This document shows, piece by piece, positions 19,396 through 28,889 of a DNA stretch of 60,442 bases (its first letter is position 1; every line of letters begins with the position of its first letter). Both the position numbers and the translations under genes were made by a program. Where the stretch lies: positions 1 through 60,442 of the forward strand of contig JAISLQ010000012.1 in assembly GCA_031290885.1 (NCBI GenBank), given 5' to 3'. Origin of the DNA: Acidaminococcales bacterium. GTDB taxonomy: Bacteria > Bacillota > Negativicutes > Acidaminococcales > JAISLQ01. A model generated the notes under the pieces. It was not told the origin of the DNA. It did no database searches and was given only the letters and a program-made list of their open reading frames with translations.

Positions 19396-21045
19396 TTATA
19401 ATGTGCTGATGGCTTTGTATTCGCCGAACACCTTGCGCAGGCGTTTGCAAATTTCGCCTTCGGTGGCGTAGGCTTTAACTGCGGTAAGAATGAGCGGCAT
19501 AAGGTTTACTTTTTCATCCTTGGCGCCTTCTTCCAGCGCGTCAAGCGCCGCGTCTACGGCGGCATTGTCGCGTTTGGCCCTTAAAGCGGCCAAGCGCTTC
19601 TTCTGGCCTTCGCCCACGGAAGCGTCCACACGCAGAAGGTCTTTCGGAGGCACTTCTTTCTTGTCTACGTACTTGTTCACGCCGACGATGACGCGCTCGC
19701 CTTTTTCCACCTGCATCTGCCATTTGTAGGCGCTTTCCTGGATCTCCCGCTGTATATAGCCTTTTTCGATGGCGACCGGCGCGCCGCCGAGATCGTCAAT
19801 CTTTTTGATGTAGTCCCAGCACTCGGCCTCTATTTTGTCGGTCAGCGCTTCCACATAATAGGAGCCGCCCAACGGGTCGACTACGTCGGCCAGGCCGCTT
19901 TCTTCCGCGACTATCTGCTGGGTGCGCAGGGCGACGGTTACGGACGCTTCCGACGGAAGAGCCAGCGCCTCGTCCTTGGAGTTGGTGTGCAGGGACTGCG
20001 TCCCGCCCATTACGGCGGCGGCCGTCTGCAAAGCCACGCGGACGACGTTGTTGTCAGGCTGCTGGGCGGTCAGCATGGAACCGGCGGTCTGGGTATGTAC
20101 GCGCAGCATCTGGGATTTTGGCTTTTTCGCGCCGAAACGCTCTTTCATGAGTTTGGACCAGACGCGGCGGGAGGCGCGGAATTTGGCGACCTCTTCCAGC
20201 ACGTTGTTGTGGGCGTTCCAGAAAAAGGACAAACTGCCGGCAAAATCGTCTATGTCCATGCCGGCTTTCAACGCCGCCTCGACATAGGCTATGCCGTCGG
20301 CGATGGTGAAGGCGATTTCCTGGGCGGCCGTCGCGCCGGCTTCGCGGATGTGATAGCCGGAAATGGAAATGCTGTTCCATCTGGGCACGTTTTGCGAGCA
20401 ATACTCAAATATATTGGTGATGAGGCGCATGGAAGGGGCGGGCGGGAAAATATAAGTGCCGCGCGACGAATATTCCTTTAATATGTCGTTTTGGATGGTG
20501 CCGTTAAGCTGGCTGGCCGGCACGCCCTGTTTTTCGGCCACCGCGATGTACATGGCCAAAAGGATGGCCGCCGGGGCGTTGATGGTCATTGAAGTGGAAA
20601 CCTTGCCCAACGGGATTTGGTCAAACAGCACTTCCATGTCTTCCAGGGAGTCAATGGCGACGCCTACTTTGCCGACTTCGCCTTCGGCAATCGGATCGTC
20701 GGAATCATAGCCAATCTGCGTCGGCAGGTCGAAGGCGCAGGAAAGTCCCGAGCCGCCTCTTTCCAGCAGCAGGCGGTAACGTTTGTTGGATTCGGCGGCG
20801 GTCGCGAAACCGGCGTACATGCGCATGGTCCAGAAACGGCCGCGATACATGGTTGGCTGTACGCCGCGGGTGAACGGGTACGAGCCGGGGAACCCCAAGT
20901 TGGTTTCGTAATCGAAACCTTCGATGTCAAGCGGGGTATAAAGCCTGTTTACCTCCAGGTTGGTACGTTCGGGTGATTTTGCAAGCGTCTTTTCCACTGC
21001 GGCGTTGTACGCTTTCAACCCTTCCAGTATTTTTTCATTTGCCAT
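19396..21045 (-). CDS. methylmalonyl-CoA mutase, catalytic large subunit (split mutase)
   Basis: [57 protein letters not shown]. Confidence 0.95.
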   Translation of the reverse strand: MANEKILEGLKAYNAAVEKTLAKSPERTNLEVNRLYTPLDIEGFDYETNLGFPGSYPFTRGVQPTMYRGRFWTMRMYAGFATAAESNKRYRLLLERGGSGLSCAFDLPTQIGYDSDDPIAEGEVGKVGVAIDSLEDMEVLFDQIPLGKVSTSMTINAPAAILLAMYIAVAEKQGVPASQLNGTIQNDILKEYSSRGTYIFPPAPSMRLITNIFEYCSQNVPRWNSISISGYHIREAGATAAQEIAFTIADGIAYVEAALKAGMDIDDFAGSLSFFWNAHNNVLEEVAKFRASRRVWSKLMKERFGAKKPKSQMLRVHTQTAGSMLTAQQPDNNVVRVALQTAAAVMGGTQSLHTNSKDEALALPSEASVTVALRTQQIVAEESGLADVVDPLGGSYYVEALTDKIEAECWDYIKKIDDLGGAPVAIEKGYIQREIQESAYKWQMQVEKGERVIVGVNKYVDKKEVPPKDLLRVDASVGEGQKKRLAALRAKRDNAAVDAALDALEEGAKDEKVNLMPLILTAVKAYATEGEICKRLRKVFGEYKAISTL

Positions 21046-21115
21046 TCTCTAATCCTCCTTATTATTTCTTCATACAGCCGAGATAACCCGGGTATGGAAT
21101 GACCGCCGTCCTTCG

Positions 21116-21152
21116 CCCCCGCGCGCAAGGCGGGCCGCCTTGAGCGCGGGGG
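21116..21152. repeat. GC-rich intergenic hairpin without a U-tract
   Basis: CCCCCGCGC-g-CAAGGCGG..CCGCCTTG-a-GCGCGGGGG between the CoA-transferase and mutase genes. Confidence 0.6.
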
Positions 21153-21167
21153 CGCGTCCGTATGGAC

Positions 21168-22685
21168 TTATTTTACTTTCATGCTGCCGGTTTCGGCAAA
21201 ACGGGTGTGAAACGACAGCGCTTCTCCCAAAAGGTGCGGCGTATGGACAGGGCCGAGCTTGTCGATAGCCCTTTTCACGTAATCCCTAAGCAGCGGCTGG
21301 TAGTCCGGGTGAGCGGTCTTTTCGATAATGACTTTGGCGCGTTCTTTCGGGGACAGCCCGCGGACGTCGGCAACGCCGCGCTCGGTAACGAACACGTCGA
21401 TGTCGTGTTCGGTGGAGTCGATGTGCGAGCACATGGGCACAATTGAGGAAATGTCGCCTTTTTTGGCCACGGAATTGGTGAAGAAGAAGGTCAGGTAGGC
21501 GTTCCTCGCAAAGTCGCCGGAACCGCCGATGCCGTTCATCATCTTGGTGCCGAGCGTATGCGTGGAGTTGACGTGCCCGTAGATGTCGTATTCTATGGCG
21601 GTGTTCATGGCGATAACGCCCAAGCGGCGGGCGATTTCAGGGCTGTTGGATATTTCCTGCGGACGCAGGATAAGCCGCGGGAGATATTTGCCGATGTTGG
21701 CGTAAAAGCGTTTCAGCGCGTCCGGCGACGGGCTGAGCGAAGTGCCGGAAGCCACCACCAATTTGCCGGCGTCGATAAGATCGAACATGCCGTCCTGGAC
21801 GACTTCGGTATAAACGGAGAGGTTCTCAAAGGGGGAGTCGACCAGGCCCGCGATAACGGCGTTGGCCACCGATCCCACGCCGGATTGCAACGGCAGGAGG
21901 TTTTTCGGCAAACGCCCCTGTTTGATCTCGTTCTGCAAAAATTCGATAAGATGCCCGCTCATGGCTTTGGCGTCGTCGTCAATCGCGGCCAGCGCGCGGG
22001 TGCCGTCAATGATGTCGCAGGGCACTATGGCGACTATCTTGCGCGGGTCGCAGGGAATGTAGGTAGTGCCGATGCGGTCGTCCGCCTTGGTGATAGGGAT
22101 GGGCTGGCGGTGGGGGGGATCGAGCGGGATATAAACGTCGTGCATTTTTTCCAGTTCTTCCGGCTGCGTAACGTTAATCTCCACTATGACCTGTTTGGCG
22201 CTTTGCACGAAAGAGGCGGAGTTGCCTTCCGAAGTGGTGCCGACGATGCAGCCGTCCTCCGTTATCTTGCAGGCCTCGATTATGGCCAGGTCGACGCCGC
22301 CGCCCAAAAAGCCGTAGCGGGACATCTGGGCGACATGGCTAAGATGCAGGTCGGTATAATTTACCTTGCCGGCGTTTATGGCGTTTCTTGTGTCGTTGTT
22401 GGTCTGATAGGGCAGCCGTTTGCCGAGGATGCCGGCTTTGGCCCAGGAACCGTCAAGTTCGGCGCCGACCGAGGCGCCCGTCCAAAGGTTGACTTTCAAA
22501 GGCGCTTGTCCTGCCTCGACTTTTTTCGCGAGCGCCAGCGGCACCGCTTTGGGGTAGCCGGCGGGAGTAAAGCCGCTGACGCCGATGTTCATGCCGTCCT
22601 TGATCAGATCGGCGGCGGCCTCGGCCGTGGTTACTTTTGCGAGCAGAGCCTTGTTTTTGATACGATCGCTGATTTCAATTCCCAT
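21168..22685 (-). CDS. scpC: acetyl-CoA hydrolase/transferase family protein, probable propionyl-CoA:succinate CoA-transferase
   Basis: SGFTPAGYPKAVP, TGASVG, LQSGVGSVANAV, MMNGIGGSGDFARNA, DVFVTERG; first gene of the mutase operon. Confidence 0.85.
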   Translation of the reverse strand: MGIEISDRIKNKALLAKVTTAEAAADLIKDGMNIGVSGFTPAGYPKAVPLALAKKVEAGQAPLKVNLWTGASVGAELDGSWAKAGILGKRLPYQTNNDTRNAINAGKVNYTDLHLSHVAQMSRYGFLGGGVDLAIIEACKITEDGCIVGTTSEGNSASFVQSAKQVIVEINVTQPEELEKMHDVYIPLDPPHRQPIPITKADDRIGTTYIPCDPRKIVAIVPCDIIDGTRALAAIDDDAKAMSGHLIEFLQNEIKQGRLPKNLLPLQSGVGSVANAVIAGLVDSPFENLSVYTEVVQDGMFDLIDAGKLVVASGTSLSPSPDALKRFYANIGKYLPRLILRPQEISNSPEIARRLGVIAMNTAIEYDIYGHVNSTHTLGTKMMNGIGGSGDFARNAYLTFFFTNSVAKKGDISSIVPMCSHIDSTEHDIDVFVTERGVADVRGLSPKERAKVIIEKTAHPDYQPLLRDYVKRAIDKLGPVHTPHLLGEALSFHTRFAETGSMKVK

Positions 22686-23033
22686 TCTTTTTCCTCCTTA
22701 AATTTTGCTAATCTATTTGGCGGCCTCGCTTAAAAGCCGCAAAAATCCGCCCGAGCCCTGCCACAATCGCAGCGGCGCAACAAAAAACAGTCACCTAGAT
22801 AATGAATACATTCAAAAAGCTCCATCACCAAGTGCCAGTTCACCAAATATCTGCCCTTTCGCCAAGGGCGGAAGCCGTAAACCGTTCCAACACATATTTC
22901 CCACCAAAGCATGCTTTTTAGGTCTATATGTATTTCTAAATGCATGGCGTATTTAATTGCGGCTAACAACCGGCTGCACCTGTCGACAATAATATTAACC
23001 CCTGCTTTTCGTCATGTAACGATATCTTACCCA

Positions 23034-23062
23034 ATGATATTAACTTCTGCGTTTTTTTACAA
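23034..23062 (-). promoter_or_regulatory. probable promoter of the succinate/propionate operon
   Basis: Minus strand TTGTAA (23062-23057), 17 nt, TATCAT (23039-23034). Confidence 0.55.
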
Positions 23063-23159
23063 ATTCCTGCCGCTTTCCATAATTTATTTATGTTCGCCCG
23101 GACAACAAACTGCCTGTTTTCATTGTACCAAAAAATCGGCCAAATGAACAGCAAAAAAT

Positions 23160-23723
23160 TTATTGCCCCCGCCCGCGCCAAACCGGCCCCCTGCCATCGG
23201 CAAATGCCCGCCGCGCCCCCTGTTTGCCTTGTCCGCCGCTTCCCGTCCCTTGAATTTGCCGCTTTTTATTCTGGACGGCTTCATGAACGGCCTCGTAATA
23301 GTTTGCAATAAAAACCAGCCAATTTTCAATGCGAGAGCCAGGAGGGACATCATCCCAAATTTCCCGGCTGCGGCCGGTATCGTCAATTGCTTTGCCTTCT
23401 GCGTCGCAAGTAATTACCTGCCAAAAAATATATTTCCTGTTTTCATGGTCATACCCGACATGAACCAAGAAACTATACGGCTCCTTGCGTTTGCCAACGC
23501 TTTGGGCGTCCGTTACTTTTTCTTTGCCGTATTGGCATTTAAGCCACGCTTTATAGACAGTCTTGTCAGAAGTTGTTTCTTTTTCTATTGTTGCGCGGTC
23601 AAGGTAGGTCGTTGCCGCGTCTCCTTCTTGCAAAAGCAGCCATCTTTCACTTGTTTTTTTTGCCGAGGCCGCGGGCGAAAAAGCCAAAAAACACAGCAAG
23701 AGCGCGCAAAGGATTTTTTTCAT
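23160..23723 (-). CDS. secreted hypothetical protein (possibly surface-adhesin-E-like fold)
   Basis: MKKILCALLLCFLAFSPAASA signal peptide; W.L....TTYLDRATI..YKAWLK pattern; start moved to MKK. Confidence 0.65.
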   Translation of the reverse strand: MKKILCALLLCFLAFSPAASAKKTSERWLLLQEGDAATTYLDRATIEKETTSDKTVYKAWLKCQYGKEKVTDAQSVGKRKEPYSFLVHVGYDHENRKYIFWQVITCDAEGKAIDDTGRSREIWDDVPPGSRIENWLVFIANYYEAVHEAVQNKKRQIQGTGSGGQGKQGARRAFADGRGPVWRGRGQ

Positions 23724-23819
23724 ATGCCGCACCGTTCTTTCCGGCATTGCCATGCATTGCATCGGCGTTTGCCTTTCGCGGGGCTTGAAGCCCGGCGCGC
23801 CATTTAAGCCGGCAACCGC

Positions 23820-23851
23820 CCGGCGCGCCCCGCTAAAGCGGGGCGCGCCGG
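23820..23851. repeat. perfect 14-bp GC hairpin right after the hydA stop
   Basis: CCGGCGCGCCCCGC-taaa-GCGGGGCGCGCCGG. Confidence 0.8.
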
Positions 23852-23857
23852 ACAATG

Positions 23858-25591
23858 CTAAATCCCTCTGTACTGGGGGTGGTAATGGGTATGCAAAAGT
23901 TTGTGCGCCTTCTCCCCTAACGGCTGCCCGAGCCATTCGGAGTAAAGGGTTTTGATGGCGGGATTTTCATGCGATTTTCTTATGGCGGATCGCTGGTCTA
24001 TTTCATAGATGGAGGCGTGCCTTTTCATGCGTATTTCGCCGTTTACCGGCACGGGCTGGCCGCCGCCGCTGATACAGCCGCCCGGGCAGGCCATGATCTC
24101 GATGAAATGATACGGCGCCTCTTGCGCCCTCACCCTTTCCATCATTTGCCGCGCCTGCCCCAGCGTGTTGGCCACCGCGACTTTTACTTTAACGCCCGCT
24201 ATGTCCACCGTGGCCTCTTTTAAGCCTTTCAGCCCGCGCACGTCGTCAAAGTCCAGATTTTTGAGTTCTTCCCCGGTCAAAAGCTCGTAGGCGGTCCTCA
24301 GCGCCGCTTCCATGACGCCGCCGGTAGCGCCGAAAATCGCGCCCGCGCCGCTGCCGATGTCCATCGGGGCGTCAAATTCTTCTTCCCCTATGCCCGCGAA
24401 GTCTATGCCGGCCTCTTTGATCATGCGGCCAAGCTCTCTTGTGGTAATCACTATGTCAACGTCCTGATAGCCGCTGGAGCGCATTTGCGGGCGCATGGCT
24501 TCGGCCTTTTTCGCCGTGCAGGGCATGGCGGACACCGATACTATGTTTTTGGGGTCTATGCCGCTTTTTTCGGCGTAGTAGGTTTTGACCACGGCGCCGA
24601 ACATCTGCTGCGGCGATTTGGCGGTGGAAAGATGCCCTAACAGGTCAGGATAAAAGATTTCGGCCAAATTTACCCAGCCGGGGCTGCAGGAGGTAACCAT
24701 CGGCAGTTTGCCGCCGTTTTTCAGCCGGTGGACAAATTCGTTGCCTTCTTCCATGATGGTAAGATCCGCGCTGAAATTGGTGTCAAACACTTTGTCAAAG
24801 CCCATGCGCCTTAACGCCGCCACCATCTTGCCCGTCACTATGGCGCCCGGGGCAAGCCCCTGCGTCTCGCCGAGCGCGACGCGGACGGACGGGGCGGTTT
24901 GGATTATGACATGTTTGGTTGGGTCGCTGATCGCTTTCCATACCGCCTCGGTATCGTCTTTTTCCGTGATGGCGGCGGTCGGGCAGACCACCGAGCACTG
25001 CCCGCAGTAAGTGCAGGCCGCCTCGTCCAGCCCCGCGTCAAAGGCGGGCGAGACGACGGTGTTGAACCCGCGGCGGGTAAAGCTGTAGACGTGGACGCCC
25101 TGCCGTTCGGAACATACCCTGACGCAGCGCCCGCATAAAATGCATTTTTCGTTGTCGCGCACCAACGATGGGTTGTTCGCGTCAAGCGGGAATTTTTTCT
25201 TTTCCCCGTCGAAGCGTATTTTCCTTAGGCCAAGTTCGGCCGCGACATTTTGCAGTTCACAGTTTTTGTTGCGTACGCAGGCAAGGCAATCGGACGGATG
25301 GTTGGCCAGCATCAGTTCAACTACCGAGCGCCGGGCGTGCCGCACCGCCTCCGTGTTGGTGCGCACGATCATGCCTTCGTTGACCGGATACGCGCAGGAG
25401 GCGACAAGCGTCCTCGCGCCCTCCACCTCCACCATGCATATGCGGCAGGCCCCTTCCGGGCGCAGTTCCGGATGATAGCACAAAGTCGGTATTTTTATGC
25501 CCGCTTTGTTGGCCGCGTTAAGGACGCTCGCGCTTTTATGCACGCTGACCTTCCTGCCGTCTATCGTAACATTTACCATATCCGTGTTCAT
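23858..25591 (-). CDS. hydA: [FeFe]-hydrogenase catalytic subunit, group A (HydA/HndD-like)
   Basis: H-cluster motifs TSCSPGW, MPCTAKKAE, EIMACPGGCISGGGQP; N-terminal 2Fe-2S and 4Fe-4S domains. Confidence 0.96.
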   Translation of the reverse strand: MNTDMVNVTIDGRKVSVHKSASVLNAANKAGIKIPTLCYHPELRPEGACRICMVEVEGARTLVASCAYPVNEGMIVRTNTEAVRHARRSVVELMLANHPSDCLACVRNKNCELQNVAAELGLRKIRFDGEKKKFPLDANNPSLVRDNEKCILCGRCVRVCSERQGVHVYSFTRRGFNTVVSPAFDAGLDEAACTYCGQCSVVCPTAAITEKDDTEAVWKAISDPTKHVIIQTAPSVRVALGETQGLAPGAIVTGKMVAALRRMGFDKVFDTNFSADLTIMEEGNEFVHRLKNGGKLPMVTSCSPGWVNLAEIFYPDLLGHLSTAKSPQQMFGAVVKTYYAEKSGIDPKNIVSVSAMPCTAKKAEAMRPQMRSSGYQDVDIVITTRELGRMIKEAGIDFAGIGEEEFDAPMDIGSGAGAIFGATGGVMEAALRTAYELLTGEELKNLDFDDVRGLKGLKEATVDIAGVKVKVAVANTLGQARQMMERVRAQEAPYHFIEIMACPGGCISGGGQPVPVNGEIRMKRHASIYEIDQRSAIRKSHENPAIKTLYSEWLGQPLGEKAHKLLHTHYHPQYRGI

Positions 25592-25600
25592 GGGGCGGGA

Positions 25601-27394
25601 TCACGCTCCTTTCCTGATAGCCTTGAACGGGCATTGGCTCTCGCAGGCGCCGCATTTGATGCAGACACTATGGTTTATGGTGTGCCGCTGCTTGATTTCG
25701 CCGGCGATGGCACCGACCGGGCAGGCTTTTTTGCACATGCCGCAGCCGCGGCAGCCGTCGGTTATCGTGTATCCCGTCAGGTTGGCGCAGGCCCCGGCCG
25801 GGCAGACATGGTCCTTTATGTGCGCTTCGTATTCATGCCGGAAATATTTGAGCGTGCTCAGCACTGGATTGGGCGCGGTCTGCCCCAGCCCGCAAAGGGC
25901 GGTCTGCTTTATGCCGCGGGCCAGATCCTCCAGCAGGGCTATGTCCCCGTCGCGGCCTTCGCCGTCCGTTATGCGGGTAAGTATTTCCAGCATCCTTTTG
26001 GTCCCCTCGCGGCAGGGCGTACATTTGCCGCAGGATTCGGACTGGGTAAAGGTAAGAAAAAACTTGGCGACGTCCACCATGCAAGTGGTCTCGTCCATGA
26101 CGACCAGGCCGCCCGAACCCATCATCGCCCCCGCCGCCGTCAGGGAATCGTAATCTATCGTAAGATCGAGCATCTCCTCCGGCAGGCAGCCGCCGGAGGG
26201 CCCGCCGATCTGCACCGCCTTGAATTTCTTGCCGCCGACTATGCCGCCGCCTATGTCGTAGATAATCTCGCGCATGGCAATGCCCATGGGCACTTCCGCC
26301 AGCCCGGTATTGTTTATCTTGCCGGTCAGGGCGAATATTTTGGTGCCTTTGGATTTCTCCGTGCCGATCTCGGCGTATTTTTCCCCGCCGTCCACAATGA
26401 TGGGCAGAATGTTCGCGAATGTCTCGACGTTGTTTATGTTGGTGGGCTTTCCCCACAGCCCCGACACGGCAGGAAAGGGCGGGCGCGGGCGCGGCATGCC
26501 GCGCTTTCCTTCAATGGACTGCAAAAGCGCCGTCTCCTCGCCGCAAACGAAAGCCCCGGCGCCTTCCTTTATGTGCAGGGAAAAGGCAAAGCCGCTCCCG
26601 AAAATGTCTTTGCCCAAAAAGCCCATTTCCTCGGCCTGGGCAATGGCCGTGCGCAACCGCTTGATCGCCAGCGGGTATTCGGCCCTGACATAAATATAGC
26701 CCTCGTCCGCGCCTATGGCGTACCCGCAGACGGCCATGCCCTCAATTATCCTGTGCGGGTCGCCTTCCAGTACGCTGCGGTCCATGAACGCGCCCGGATC
26801 GCCTTCGTCGGCGTTGCAAACGATGTATTTTTTCTCCCCCGGCGACTGCCGGGCAAACTGCCATTTCATGCCGGTAGGGAACCCGGCGCCGCCGCGCCCG
26901 CGCAAACCGGATTTTTTTACCTCTTCCACGACCGCCGCCGGCGTCATCAGGGTAAGCGCCTTGCCCAGCGCCTCATAGCCGCCCGCCGCTATGTACTCAT
27001 TGATGTCGTCGGGGTTGATGCGCCCGCAATTTTTCAATATGACGCGGCGCTGCTTTTTGTAAAAATTTATTTCGTCATAGCTTGGTATCCGTTCCTGGCT
27101 CAAAGGCTCGCGATAAAGCAGCCGTTCGACTATGCGCCCTTTGTAAAGGTGGTTTTCCACGATTTCCGGCACGTCCTCGGCTTTGACCGAAACATAAAAC
27201 ACCCCTTCGGGATAAATTATCACCAAAGGCCCCATTTCGCAAAACCCATGGCAGCCCGTCTGCACGACCCTCACCTCGCCGCCAAGGCCGCGCCTGGCTA
27301 TCTCGCCCTCAAGGTTCGCCTGCACCTGCCGCGAGCCTGACGACATGCAGCCAGTGCCCCCGCAGACAAGCACGTGCGATCTTATAAATTGCAT
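25601..27394 (-). CDS. hydB: NuoF-like FMN/NAD(P)H-binding subunit (HydB/HndC-like)
   Basis: SGLRGRGGAGFPTG, CNADEGDPGAFMDR, GAGAFVCGEETAL, ESCGKCTPCREG, C-terminal 2x4Fe-4S. Confidence 0.96.
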   Translation of the reverse strand: MQFIRSHVLVCGGTGCMSSGSRQVQANLEGEIARRGLGGEVRVVQTGCHGFCEMGPLVIIYPEGVFYVSVKAEDVPEIVENHLYKGRIVERLLYREPLSQERIPSYDEINFYKKQRRVILKNCGRINPDDINEYIAAGGYEALGKALTLMTPAAVVEEVKKSGLRGRGGAGFPTGMKWQFARQSPGEKKYIVCNADEGDPGAFMDRSVLEGDPHRIIEGMAVCGYAIGADEGYIYVRAEYPLAIKRLRTAIAQAEEMGFLGKDIFGSGFAFSLHIKEGAGAFVCGEETALLQSIEGKRGMPRPRPPFPAVSGLWGKPTNINNVETFANILPIIVDGGEKYAEIGTEKSKGTKIFALTGKINNTGLAEVPMGIAMREIIYDIGGGIVGGKKFKAVQIGGPSGGCLPEEMLDLTIDYDSLTAAGAMMGSGGLVVMDETTCMVDVAKFFLTFTQSESCGKCTPCREGTKRMLEILTRITDGEGRDGDIALLEDLARGIKQTALCGLGQTAPNPVLSTLKYFRHEYEAHIKDHVCPAGACANLTGYTITDGCRGCGMCKKACPVGAIAGEIKQRHTINHSVCIKCGACESQCPFKAIRKGA

Positions 27395-27419
27395 AAACGC
27401 TACCCCCCAACCTTTGCTG

Positions 27420-27782
27420 TCATACTGATTTGGCCACGACCAAATCTTTTACTATTTGCCCGTTGACCACGTGCTCGGCGACCAGTCTGCCCGCGTCGGA
27501 CGGCCGGACATTGCCGTAAGTTATGCGCGGCCCGCCCGGCGAAATGATGTCCACCAGCACTTCTTTGTCGCACATGCCTATGCAGCCGGTCTGCTGAAAT
27601 GCAACGCCGGCAACGCCCCTTTTTTTTACTTCGTCCATCAGCGCCGCCATTACTTCCCGCGCGCCGGCGGCGATCCCGCACGTACCCATGCCAACGATTA
27701 CCTTTATGCCGTCCGCCGCGCGCAATTTGGTGTCGGACTGCAATTTTTCCCTCAGTTTTTTCAACTCTTCCAGCGACTTCAT
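27420..27782 (-). CDS. thioredoxin-like 2Fe-2S subunit (HydD/HndB-like)
   Basis: VGMGTCGIAAGAR, QTGCIGMC, ITYGNV. Confidence 0.9.
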   Translation of the reverse strand: MKSLEELKKLREKLQSDTKLRAADGIKVIVGMGTCGIAAGAREVMAALMDEVKKRGVAGVAFQQTGCIGMCDKEVLVDIISPGGPRITYGNVRPSDAGRLVAEHVVNGQIVKDLVVAKSV

Positions 27783-27784
27783 CT

Positions 27785-28339
27785 TTATCCCTCCGTCTTG
27801 TCAAGGGCAAGCAGCCCTTCCCGCAAAAACCCGTCCAGCCATTCCATTACGGCGCTTTCGCCGAAATCAACTTCTCCCCCCAATATTTCCCTCATGGCCT
27901 TAGTGTCCAGCACAAAGGCGTTATGGCCCTTTCGGTGTTCATAGCGAAAAAATATCCCCTGGCATCCGGCCGCTATTATTTTGACCGTCGCCGCTATGTC
28001 GCCGAGCGGCGGCCGGTCGATGTGGCTCAGCCGGTAAACCGCCGTTATCTTCGTCCCTTCGCCGGGCCGGGAATCTATGTCCAGCCGCCCGCCCGCCCTT
28101 TTGGCCGTCATGTCCATGAGCGGCAGGCCCAGGCCGACCTTCCTGGACGTTCTGGTGGTGGCGAAAGGGTCTTTGGCGCAGGCGGCGAAATCAGGCGCCA
28201 TGCCTTTGCCGTCGTCGGAAACCTCAATGGACAATAAATCCTTTTCCCCGTCTTCCCCAATCAAAAGGGAAATGTTCTTGGCCCCCGCCGCCACGGCGTT
28301 TTGCACCAAGTCGAGTACGTGAAGCGACAAGTCGCGCAT
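27785..28339 (-). CDS. stand-alone HATPase_c (GHKL) protein
   Basis: DLVQNAVAAGA (N box), DDGKGM (G1), DPFATTR, GLGLPL (G2); no His-phosphoacceptor domain. Confidence 0.88.
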   Translation of the reverse strand: MRDLSLHVLDLVQNAVAAGAKNISLLIGEDGEKDLLSIEVSDDGKGMAPDFAACAKDPFATTRTSRKVGLGLPLMDMTAKRAGGRLDIDSRPGEGTKITAVYRLSHIDRPPLGDIAATVKIIAAGCQGIFFRYEHRKGHNAFVLDTKAMREILGGEVDFGESAVMEWLDGFLREGLLALDKTEG

Positions 28340-28340
28340 G

Positions 28341-28829
28341 TTATTTGTACCGGTCGAGTATCCACGGCAAAAGGTCGGTCGTCAGCCGGCCGTGAGTGTC
28401 GTCGTTGACCATAAGCACAGGCGCGAGCCCGCAGGCCCCTATGCAGGCGACCGTCTCCAGCGTGTAGCGAAGGTCGGCGGTGGTGTTCCCCGGTTTTATG
28501 CCGATTTTGTCCTCGATAAAGTTCAATATTTTCTTGCCGCCGCGCACATGGCAGGCCGTCCCCTGGCAAACCTTTATGATGTTGCGCCCGCGCGGTTTCA
28601 GGTGAAACTGCGAATAAAAGGTTACAATGCCGTATATCCTGCTGACAGGATTGCCCGTGGCCCTCGCTATCTCGCCAATTACTTCGCGCGATAGATAGCC
28701 GTACCGGTTTTGGGCTTCCTGCAAGATAGGGATCAACGTGCCTTGCTGTCCGCGGTATTTGTCAAAAATGTCCCGCAATTGCTCGGATATTTTGTCGTCG
28801 CCGCCATCGCGGCCGTTCCCCTGGCCCAT
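28341..28829 (-). CDS. hydC: NuoE-like 2Fe-2S subunit (HydC/HndA-like)
   Basis: LIPILQEAQ, TFYSQF, VCQGTACHVRG, CIGACGLAPV. Confidence 0.95.
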   Translation of the reverse strand: MGQGNGRDGGDDKISEQLRDIFDKYRGQQGTLIPILQEAQNRYGYLSREVIGEIARATGNPVSRIYGIVTFYSQFHLKPRGRNIIKVCQGTACHVRGGKKILNFIEDKIGIKPGNTTADLRYTLETVACIGACGLAPVLMVNDDTHGRLTTDLLPWILDRYK

Positions 28830-28864
28830 GTTTCTTCCCCCTTGTCTTTTTGCTGCTTCTATAT

Positions 28865-28870
28865 ATTATA
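28865..28870 (-). promoter_or_regulatory. possible internal -10 element ahead of the catalytic hydrogenase genes
   Basis: Minus-strand TATAAT in the AT-rich 60-bp gap between the PHP gene and hydC; no well-spaced -35. Confidence 0.35.
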
Positions 28871-28889
28871 ACGCATATGCCGCCGCCGC

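Noticed and set aside
22800-22960. Cobalamin riboswitch ahead of the B12-dependent mutase operon
   Set aside because: Contains GGGAA but lacks the GCCACTG, CnGCnACTGT and AGnCAG..ACCTGCC core elements
22730-22969. Trp-rich 79-aa ORF in the CoA-transferase leader
   Set aside because: No RBS and no metabolic link to Trp attenuation; better explained as leader RNA
25250-27340. 696-aa plus-strand ORF
   Set aside because: Antisense shadow of hydB/hydA; composition reflects reverse-strand codon bias
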